Source: Zygnema circumcarinatum SAG 698-1b (lineage: Eukaryota; Plantae; Zygnematophyceae). From it: 64,000 bases of DNA. The stretch is taken from assembly GCA_037447605.1 (NCBI GenBank), contig CM074809.1, positions 2,780,689 through 2,844,688 on the forward strand, in the 5' to 3' direction. Within the stretch, counting starts at the first letter, position 1, and the number at the start of each line of letters is the position of its first letter. The notes beneath the pieces were generated by a model, which made no database searches, was not told the DNA's origin, and saw only the letters and a program-made list of their open reading frames with translations. Positions 54,001-64,000 of this stretch are shown here, piece after piece. The position numbers and the translations under genes are program-made.

Positions 54001-56864
54001 CGAGGTTTGTGGTTGAAGGGCATATCGGGCAATCATTGTGTGTGGTATAGTCTCAACAGCTAACATTTCCCCATTTTTACGTTGCTTCATAAATCGTGAC
54101 ATTCGTGCGCCTCACCTGCAGTGTGTTCCAACTGCGTCTCTAAACATGAAGGATCTACATACTCATAATTCTCTACCTTTTCCTCAGTAAAGCCCAACTT
54201 CCTGCCCTTCACTCAAGCAGCGACCACCACAGCAAATGCTGACGGGCAACACCGCTTAAGAGGGATATTTGCAGCTTAGGCATGCTCAGCAGGTCAAGGT
54301 ATGGCAAAAGCTCACTGATGAGCGAGAGGTTGCGGGCAATGATATCTCCAGCTGCAGATTTCGCGTTGAGTCATCTCCCCGCAGCAAGTGGACACGCGTG
54401 TACTGCAGAAAGCACGGGATTTTCCGCTTCCCATAAAATGTCACCTAGAACCACGCCCATCCCAAATTCGTTGTTATATGACACGAATGACATGAATCAT
54501 CCAATCATTTGTTTTTTAACGACAATGCAGGAAAAGCGAAAAGACACAGGCATAGAAAGAATCCCTAGTAGCGTCTAGTTCATTATCGTTGCTTACGGAA
54601 CAAAACAAAGCATTGGGTACAAAGGCAAAACTAACGCTTAACAACGGTGAAGGTATGAATTTACAAAGGAACACAACACGGACTTATCTCCAGACCACTT
54701 GACACAACAAGAGAGAAAGACTACGGACCACTTCCTGTGCCCCAGTTGGCGTGATGCAGAAGTCATTGAACAAAACCCAGTCTCCGGCCCCATGCGAGCC
54801 CCTTGAATCGGACCGAGAAAGCCCCACCCTCGGACCATTCCCTTCTGCAACCTGTCCCTCTCCTTCAGACAGGCCAAGAGGGGCAGCAGGACTTGAAGTT
54901 GTCCTCATCATTCTTCCTTCAGAGGTCCATTCCCCCGACCCCACCACCTTCTCAACCCCTGCCGCCATAGGGGAAACGACTGGGAGGGCCCCACTAGGGC
55001 TACCCTGAGACACTTGTTGGGGAGAGCTGCCTCCCGTTGTTGTTTCAGACTGAGCTGTAACAGGAAAGGAGGAGACATGGAGAGGCGAGACTTGGGAGAA
55101 GCTTGGCCGCCGCTGGATACGATGACCTGAGGGAGTGAGAGGGGGAATTCCAGGGGAGGGAGTGCCGCTGTTTGCGGGGGGGGAGAAGTGAGGAGGGGCG
55201 GAGTGGGACTCTGCATAGCCAACTGGAATCTGCAAAAAGCAGCAGATAGCAAAGCTGAAGGTGCTTGAGTGGCATACAAGGAAGTCATTTGCTCTATTGA
55301 GGCTTCTTCCTTCTAATAGGCTACTTGTGAAGATGGGTGAGCACAAACCTTGACGTGTGCCACAAGGTGGCCTTCATAATCCAACTCCACCTCGTCGCCA
55401 TCATCGTGCACATAAGCAATCATGGCTGTCAATTCGTATGAGCCTCGAATGGCCCCTTTTTCCAGGTCTTTAGAAATGGTAACACCCATGGATGAAAATT
55501 CCTGACAAGCAGAAACTTACGAGTCTCAGCAAGCGGAGCCCATCTGCTGTAGCAATTCCATGTATGCGTAATAAATCCACACAAAAGCGGATGAATAACC
55601 GAGAAACGAAGGTTGACTGCTTGCTCGACTCCGTACACTGCTGTCCCATTTGCTTCACACCATTTTGGCAGCGAAGTTGAGCTCAACTACCTCTGTTACT
55701 TTCACACCGGAGGAATTTAGCTCAATGTCTATGTGGAAAGGCAGCCATTGTTCGGACCCCAATGCTCCGGATGAGGTCCGTGTGATGACGGAATCCGGGA
55801 CACGATCTTCCTTCCCGGGCTCTGTGTGCCAAAAAGATAAGTCTTCATCATTTCGAACGCCGCAATGTACAAGGAGTGTTTGTGGCAGGCTGGTGGGAGT
55901 GCGCACCTGCAAATTCGCTCAAGACACAACTCAGAAATCAAAGGTACTCTCATACTAACTCAGGACCACATACCTCGTTGAACATTTCAACCCCTTGTCT
56001 TCCATGCTATCATCATGATAGCTTCATATGCTGTAAACCTCCGGTCTTTAGGACTGTCCATTCATTTTTATTTTCACAACTCTTTGGGTAATGTTTAGTT
56101 TGACTGACTTGCCTGCGAAAGGAGCTGATAGCTGCGGCAGGCCTGACACCATGCCCGTACATCTTCCTGCCGGTGCAGGCTACGCTGCAGAATGTCTGCA
56201 AATCGCAGCCTTGAGCCAGCTCTTGGCGGAGGATACTGCAAAAAAAAGAAAAAAAAAATTAAAAAAAAAAAAAAAAAAAAATGAGTAAAATGACTTCCCA
56301 GTTGCACAGTAACGACGTGTAACAGCAGACTAATGTCAATGACTAATGTCACCAGAGTAATGACTGAACGAGTGCTGTAGCTACAGAGATTTTTTTTTGT
56401 TGCTGAGGAGAGAGGGGAGCAGGTCCACCTGGAGGTCTAGCTGCAGAACATGCCGCTCTTGAACAGGAGACTCGTGAAATGCACGCAGACACTGCACAGA
56501 TCGTCAAATGAAGGGAGCATTTGAGTACGTAGATAAGGAGTCCTTTATGGATCAGAGTGGATACCATAATTACAAACTAACCCGAATTGTCACTTCAGCA
56601 CAAAAAACGAAAACGGACGGACTCAGTAAGCAGGTTTATCTAGTGTGTCGCTACGTCATCGGAGGACTTTCCTCGTCTCTGAACGCTTCTTGAAGCGAAG
56701 AGAGAACCAATGATATCTATCGAAACTGGATAGAATCCGATCCCAAGTTCGCAATACCTGACCCAGTGTCGGGCCAGATATTCACTTCACTATTGAATCA
56801 ACGAGCACTTATAGACACCCAAACAGGAGTGAATAAACCGATTCCCCCTCTCCCTCTCTTCCCC

Positions 56865-56908
<44 letters not shown>

Positions 56909-59900
56909 TATTTCTCTCTAACTTTCTTGCCCCATGACAAGAGTCTGCGTGCTTTCTTTCCCCCACGACCGCCAGCACCCTCTTGCCGCTCTCTCTCGCC
57001 CTCTCTCAGCCTCTCTCAGCCTCTCTCAGCCTCTCAGACACGTGCGAGGCGCCCGCCTTAGTGCGCGTCGCCACCGCCGTCCCGAACAGTGCGTCCACCA
57101 CCGACTGCTGCGGACCCTCCTCCGCACTCACTTCCTTGTGAAGCTGCAACACCCACTCGCAAACCCCAACTCCTGGTCAGTCCTCCAACAAACACATGTC
57201 TCAATCTTGGAGCTAATTCCATTGCACTTTACTCCAGGCATGCAGACACACTTCCGCAGCTTCCAATGCTAAAGTGTGGACTCCCTGTTCAAAAGAACCA
57301 TACTTAACAATCAATGAATTGGTCAACGTATCTGTCCGCTCAGTTCTCCATTCCGATTTGATGTTTGTAAGACGTTTCAGACTGATGATCTGGTAGCAAG
57401 AGAGGCAAGGGCTACCTGCTCCAAGAAAAAGCATGAAAGACGCTGAATGCGCTCTCCCAGAGGCTTGCCCTCATTGCCCTCCCAGTCATCCATGAGACCC
57501 AATGCCGCCGCCTCCGGCATTTGCCTCAGTGCACGAATAAGATTCGTTGGCTGCCAAAACCCAATGCTCTAAAAGTCTGTGAGGAAAATCAAGCATAGAA
57601 CCTGCCAGCTTGGAAACACGTGCATGTTGCAAGGTCGAAAGAGGGGGGTACAAAAAATAGAAGAAGCCGTAGAAAGAGAGGATTTGACTAAAAGAAGGAA
57701 TAGAGGGAAAAGGGAATCAAGTAGCAAGAACTGGGGAGGACGAGGAGAGGTGGAAAATGCCGTCCCACCTGACACGTGCTTCTCTCTGCCAGTGCAAGCA
57801 TGTGCAGCACAAAGCCAAGCTCACACGTGAGGCAGAACTCGCGCTCACAAACATGTCCCGTGACCATGTCCTTGAGCTCTGGAGTGAAGTATAAGACCTG
57901 CAGGAAAATGGGTTTGTTATCCCTTAAACTCAAGTTCTCTATCCTCATTCAAATAAGCCTTCATCAAAGGAGCTACGGCAAATGAAGAATTCAGTAGCAA
58001 AAACACATAAAAAACAATTTGCAGCCAGGGATGCAAAAGGACTACCAGCATGCATGGAGAAGTAGCAAACGCAGCTGAATTCTCAAGTGCTACAGGACGC
58101 TTAAGCTCAAAGGTTAGAAATGCTAACGGGCATAGTTCTCTCTATTCGCTTTAAGTCGAAGGTGCTCTCACCTGCAGCAGAGCATTGATGTGGCTGTCAG
58201 AAAAGTCATTCTCAAGCCCAGCAAAGCGCGTTCGATTGTAGTAGCTAAAATCGAACTCCTCGAATTTCGCTGACTGTGACTGCTTGATCTCCACGCGGCG
58301 ATACCCTTTGGGCAACACTGGTTTCGGAGCGTTATGGCTGCCTCGCGATCCCACTAAAGAAGGATTGGCTCCATTTTGTGCACCTCCCTTTATGTCATCC
58401 CCCTGTCATTTCCCTCTTGCACCTCAAAATTAAGAGCTACGTGCGCAAACTCGCCTTATGCCAAAGCTCCAAACATTCATTAAGAAATGATCCTGCTTTG
58501 TGCTTTGTGCTACAGCGAAGCCCATGAAGAGGTTGAGAAAGGAAACAGAACATGTGCTAATCACTAGCTCATGCGTGCACAAAAAAATCTCGAAAATTTG
58601 GCTGTAGTCGCCAGCTGCAACCTACCACGTTCAATTTTTGCTTTAAGGGTGTCCTTACTCAGACTTCTGAGACTGCTGAGAAGGGCATCCTTACCTCACA
58701 AACTTGCCGCCTGTTGCGTAAAGCAGCGGTTGCCTCCAGCGCAGCTGCATATGACATTCCTCTCCGCCATTGAGGATTTTGCACATAGCCGACAAAGTCC
58801 ACCACACTCATGGCCTCCTGCAGGCTGCCATCGATTGTCCTCGGAGGCAGTCCGACTCGAAGCATCGTATTGGTGTCTAGCACAGAGAGGGCCACATCTG
58901 TAGCCTCTGGTCTGCACAGATACCTCAGATGCCAATTCCAATGGCGACAACAAGAGCACAATTGGTCCACTGCCTCAAGAACTTATGACATGGGTTTTCC
59001 AAGAAATTCAAAAGTGGCAGATGCCATACTTGCGACAAAGTACTGACCTGTATGCCTGAGAGAAAGAGTCGTGTTCGTGCAAAGGCAGGAGAGGAGGTGG
59101 AGGTGATGGACTAGGCAGCTCAAGTGGGTGGGAGAACATGCTGACGGGTGCATCCTCCCTACTGCTCCACAAATGCACAAATCCCGCCGAGTCTCCGAAG
59201 GCGAGCAGCTCCCCAGATGACGACACGTCACAGGCCAGCAAAGCAGCTCCATCACAGTCAACCTGCCCACATTTCGAGGTCCTATCTACTGTGAAATTCA
59301 GTCATAGAAAAGGTAGCATTGTAGAATGTAACGTCATTCCACAGCAATACCGGAGAGCAACATTGGCAGTATAAGCATAATATGAAGAATATAGCGATAC
59401 AACACAGCGTGTATCAGTCAGCATCATACTTTCCTGCAGAAGATATTTGACAGGTAGACGAAGTACGACTTCAATCATCAGCAATTCGAGTACAGCTTGT
59501 AGACACCTCACCTGATAGCTCTGAACAGCAATACCGCCAATCTGCACATCAGTCAGCATTATAGCGCCACTCGCAGAGGCGATCAGTAGAACTGATGAAA
59601 ATTTAGGCTGAAACCGGACGACGCTCGGTCCTGGAGGAAACGGAATATGTGTAAGCGCTCGGACAGCTTGCCTGATATCAAAGACCTGCATCAGCCATAC
59701 CCATGCAGACACATTAGAAGAAAGTAATTTCCTCATCTGATATGATATCACAAAATCTAAAGAGCATGTGTGCGCTAAATAATGAAGAATAAAGCAAAGC
59801 ACCTTGATGAGAGGATCGCAGAAAATGCGACCGCTTCGTTGCGTTAGTCCACAAGATACAAGCAAGTCACCCTTCACGTCTAGTGCTTGCACAGGCCCTG

Positions 59901-62436
59901 CATACACAAAGTATCAGCTTCACAGGTGTCCTCACATGTTGGAGGACGGAATTAAACATACAAACAAAAGCAGTTTCTCTATCTCTACCAATGGCAAACA
60001 AGTAACCACCCGATTGGCCGATAGTCTCTCCTCCTTTGAGCTAGAAGGTCCTATCTAAAGCGAACGATACTACAGTCACTGTGGTATGGAAAAGCAGGAA
60101 ATAATATCGGTGGCTTGTCTCACCCAGATGAGCCTCTACAGTGCTCTCCACTCGCATGGTGCGCACATCCCGCAGTGACAGTTCTCCTCCCACTCCTCCA
60201 CAGGCCACAACGCGACCATTACTGCGCAGCACTTCCACTCCCTGACCACCGCTCTCCTGCCATTCACACAATCCAAGGGATTCAGAATGCTGCCTGGACT
60301 CTAAAACGACTTATTTCATTAGAACAAGGTGAAAATTCAAAGTACATCGCAACCAGGAGACCTTACTTCGGACAAAACCCGCGCGGTTGGAAGGTCAAAA
60401 ACTGCCACTTTGCCACTTGTATGGCCTAGCAGCACGCGTGATCCACCGATCCTCTCCCATTCCACACAACGCAAATCAGCCGCAGGCTCTCTGCTTGGCA
60501 ATACAGAACAAGAGCATAAAACTGACTGCATTGTCAGACTCCTCGCAATCCTCAAATGTACACTTCCTACTACCAGAAATACAGAAGACTCGTGACGCGT
60601 CTCCGCCAGACACATTCTCACAGCAGTTCGGCAGCATCTTGACTGTAAAAGAATTCCAGCTCCTAAGACAATCAACTCTGAAACAACCATTCAGGAACAC
60701 TCGTCATATACTTCGCTGTCTAACATCTGGATCATCAAGGTAACCTGCACAAAGATGCAAGACCACATGCCATCATGATACTTTTTATAATAATTTATCA
60801 TGATAATCATAACAGAAAAAAATGTGAGACTTAAATAACACATTACCTGTATGTCATGATTGGAAGACCACCACGGGCATGCAGCTGCAGGGCATCAGCG
60901 CTGGCTGAGAGAGGTCCATTGGCAGTCACAAGCAGCCCTCTTGTGAGCACGGGTTGAACATGCGCCTTCCACTCCGCGTAACGGTCCAATGAAGGACAGG
61001 CGTACCCTTGCACGGCTCCCTGCCAGACCCAATAGTAGTCATAATGGAATTATTGTGTTTCATAAGACATTATCTAGCATTCATCTGGCATGTAACTTTC
61101 ACAATATGTTGAACATTTTTTAAAATGTTGAGCATTTAATAGACAGACAAAGAAAAGCTGATTGAATTGCGAAGGAAAATGAAAAGGACCAAAAGCTAAG
61201 CTAGAGCATTAGTTGCCATTGACAATTGGATGCGAACTATAGACATGTTTATGAGACTCAAGCAGGCCATCTCATTGATGAAAGGGATCAGTCCTGGATT
61301 CTCCGAACAATTGATTGTTAAAGGTAGATTAACTTCCATCCGCATTCGCCATACCAATTGACAGTTTCAACGAAATATTTGAGTTTAGTGAACCCATCTG
61401 TTCAATTGACGTTTTCTTCATCCTTCTTTTTATCCAATGGAATGAATCTAAAATTCCGCTGTTAAACGCTTACTCCCAAACAGCTCCATCTTAACACATC
61501 TACACTAAATATCAAAAAACATATGTGCGCTTTTTTTCACCATCAACTCACAATTAATGATCTGTGCCATGGTACAAATTTCATTACCTTCATTCCACAT
61601 TTCCAGGAGTTTCAAATAAAAATCGTCAGTTCAACGGCTGCGAGAGCGATTTCTTATCATAAAAACACCGTTCGCAAGTTTGACTTCATTCTGTTGCTGA
61701 AGTTACACCGGGAAACTCACTTCATGAAACCAATGTTCAGAGAAAATAGTTCTTTCCCTGTTTCATTAGTTTGGTGGCTACTCTTCTGCTGCTCCATTAT
61801 CAGATGGAATTACATGTTCTTACATTTCCTTTTCTTTTTCTTGTATAATCCACAATGGTTGAGACACTTACAAAGGCTTCGTAAGGAAAAGTGAAAGATT
61901 CCAGTTTGCAAACCAATTGTGTCCAATTATGAGCAATTTCTGGCACCTTAGGGACGACATTACACTGCATGAAGGTCCTCCACTACATTCAATGCAGTTT
62001 ATTTGTGAAACCCGTGATCAGTTTCTCGATTGGGAAAAAGCGAAAATTGGATGAAACTTAAGCGTCAAGAGATTTCGAACGATTGTGTCAAGATTTAGTC
62101 TTTGATGAAATCCGCAAGCTTTCGGAGAAACAAATACCGAAAATTAAACCAAAATCTCTCACTCTTGCAATATGAAGAGTGCACCACCAGCGACGTATCA
62201 ATGTTGTAGTGAAGGTTTGAAATAAATATAGAGTGTACGGCTTTCTGATAAAAATGCTAAGTGATGCCACACATTCCCCAGCGCGCGAGGCAGCAGAAGC
62301 TAAGGCCATGGACGCCCACCCCGCTCGAGCCCGTCCAGAGCAGCTCGTGAGCAGTATCGAAGGTCGCAGCGCACACGGCCTCGTCGAGGCGGTGCTGCTG
62401 TGTGGAGGAAACCTCGAACAAGCCCTCGCTCATCAT
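51031..62436 (-). CDS. PAN2: PAN2 poly(A)-specific ribonuclease catalytic subunit (WD40 + pseudo-USP + DEDDh nuclease)
   Basis: First exon 62436-62320 ([14 protein letters not shown]). WD40 exons ([37 protein letters not shown]). [53 protein letters not shown]. Nuclease [79 protein letters not shown]. Stop at 51033-51031. Confidence 0.95.
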
Positions 62437-62636
62437 GGCGCCTGCTCCAGCCCTTTCTACCCTTCTACCTCCCTCCCTCCCTGCCTTTTTCCCTTCCTCC
62501 TTCCCCCTCCCCTCCCCTCCCCCTCCCCTCCCCCCTCCCCTCCCCCTCCCCTCCCCCTCCCCCTCCCGACTTCCGACTTCCCGAGCGTAGGGCCTTAGCT
62601 CTGCCGGGCGACTTGGCTTGCGTGAAGGCCCTCTAC

Positions 62637-62670
62637 ATTTAAGGGATTCCGTACACGGAATCCCTTAAAT
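62637..62670. other. 34-bp near-perfect palindrome upstream of PAN2
   Basis: ATTTAAGGGATTCCGT-ac-ACGGAATCCCTTAAAT: 16-bp perfectly complementary arms with a 2-nt spacer. Confidence 0.9.
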
Positions 62671-62844
62671 ACCATATATACTCTTGGCCGTCCATTAGAA
62701 AATATATATAGGAAAAATAGGAGAATTCTACTGCACCCCCGCGTTTTGGCTTTCGCACCCCCCTTTTGAAAATTTTGCCTGCCCGTTTTGGTTACCCCCC
62801 TGTTTTGAATATTTCGGGAGGGAATATTTTTCCCGCCCCTCCGC

Positions 62845-63640
62845 TCCTCCCTTGCCCTCCTCCTCCTTCCCCTCCCCTGCCCTCCCCTCCCTTGCCCTCC
62901 CCTCCCCTCCCTTCCCCTCCCCTGCCCTCCCCTCCTTGCCCTCCTCCTCCTTCCCCTCCCCTGCCCTCCTCCTTGCCCTCCCCTCCTCCCTTCCCCTCCT
63001 GCCCTCCCCTCCCTGCCCTCCCCTCCTCTGCCTTCCCCTCCCCTGCCCTCCCCTCCCCTCCCTTCCCCTCCCCTGCCCTCCCCTCCCTTGCCCTCCCCTC
63101 CCCTCCCTTCCCCTCCCCTGCCCTCCCCTCCCTTGCCCTCCCCCTCCCCTCCCCTCCTTCCCCTCCCCTGCCCTCCCCTCCCTTGCCCTCTCCCCTGCCC
63201 TGCCCTCCCTTGCCCTCCCCTCCTCCCTTCCCCTCCTGCCCTCCCCTCCTTGNNNNNNNNNNNNNNNNNNNNNNNNNNNNNNNNNNNNNNNNNNNNNNNN
63301 NNNNNNNNNNNNNNNNNNNNNNNNNNNNNNNNNNNNNNNNNNNNNNNNNNNNCCTCCCTCCCTTCCCTCCCCTGCCCTCCCCTCCCTTGCCCTCCCCTCC
63401 CCTCCCTTCCCCTCCCCTGCCCTCCCCTCCCCTGCCCTCCCCTCCCCTCCCTTCCCCTCGCCTGCCCTGCCCTCCTTGCCCTCCCTCCTCCTTCCTCCTG
63501 CCCTCCTCATGCCCTCCTCACCCTTCCCTCCCTCCTTGCCCTCCTCCTCCTCCCTTCCCTCCCCTGCCCTCCTCCTTGCCCTCCCTCCCTCCTTCCCTCC
63601 TGCCCTGCCCTCCTTGCCCTCCCCTCCTCTTCTCTCCTCT
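62845..63640. repeat. C/T-rich low-complexity satellite (CCCCT/CCCTG/CCTTG units) spanning an assembly gap
   Basis: Reiterated ccctcccct(t)gccctcccctc units. The Pro-rich and Gly/Arg-rich ORFs here are by-products of the repeat. Confidence 0.85.
63253..63352. other. Assembly gap (100 N)
   Basis: Run of exactly 100 N inside the satellite, the usual placeholder for a gap of unknown size. Confidence 0.98.
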
Positions 63641-63674
63641 TCTCGGTTTGCAATGTCCATAAATGCCATCAACT

Positions 63675-63779
63675 CAGTATGAGACCCGCGATGAGCTCGT
63701 ACAAGTCGTCACCGAGCACTACAAGCACGAAGGAGTTCACATCAAGATCGGCAGATCGGCAGACGTTTCAGCAGTTTAA
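63675..63779 (+). mobile_element. Possible degenerate Mutator/FAR1-type transposase N-terminal fragment
   Basis: The reading QYETRDELVQVVTEHYKHEGVHIKIGRSADVSAV* resembles the F-x-S-x-x-E-L...Y...G-F-x-I-x-I-x-R-S start of MuDR/FAR1 domains. It is out of frame with the nearby ATG at ~63653 and stops early. Confidence 0.25.
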
Positions 63780-64000
63780 TCGTGGGAAGGCTCAAGTGAG
63801 GGTCATCAAAGTTAGAGTGGGGCGTGGAGTGGGAAGGTAGGTGGCAAGTGTTAGCGTAGGATAGTTAGGTTTGTAGCACGCTAAATTACTTGGTAGTACG
63901 TTATTGGTGTGCTTTTAGTTGAATAGAATTGTCATACAAGTATTGTTTCACAGGATATTGGTTTGGTAGAATTGTAGTGTTCAAGTTTTGTAGTGGGGTG

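Noticed and set aside
57040-57065. Possible fourth GC donor in PAN2 (ACTAAG|GCGGGC)
   Set aside because: An in-phase GT donor (CAC|GTGTCT) lies 15 nt further on, so a GC donor is not required.
62728-63840. Pro-rich 'extensin-like' and Gly/Arg-rich ORFs
   Set aside because: They derive from the CCCCT satellite across an N gap, with no signal peptide or splice support.

Overview
Gene-dense eukaryotic DNA with many short spliceosomal introns, from a green plant outside the flowering plants, most likely a streptophyte alga. The basis for that call is intact PAN2 and VHL-domain genes alongside land-plant-type HD-Zip II, ALE2-type receptor kinase and SAFE1 genes. I reconstructed nine protein-coding genes by hand from splice sites and remembered family motifs: a VHL-domain protein (-), a SAFE1/Rubisco-LSMT-like SET protein (+), a very large Ser/Pro-rich ALE2-like receptor kinase (+), an AFG1-like ATPase (-), CutC (-), a class II HD-Zip (+), an RTN4IP1-like oxidoreductase (+), an anoctamin-like protein (-) and PAN2 (-). 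Non-coding features are GC-rich regulatory islands with dense GTAC (SBP/CuRE-type) clusters and perfect G-boxes, a ~0.9 kb (CT)n intron microsatellite, a CCAAT-repeat transposon-like element, a 34-bp palindrome and a 100-N assembly gap. The most notable candidate is the VHL-like protein. It keeps the hydroxyproline-binding residues and has a C-terminal BC-box-like motif, which suggests a hydroxyproline-reading ubiquitin-ligase adaptor in a lineage without HIF. No database searches were run: homology calls rest on recalled motifs and exon boundaries were derived by hand.
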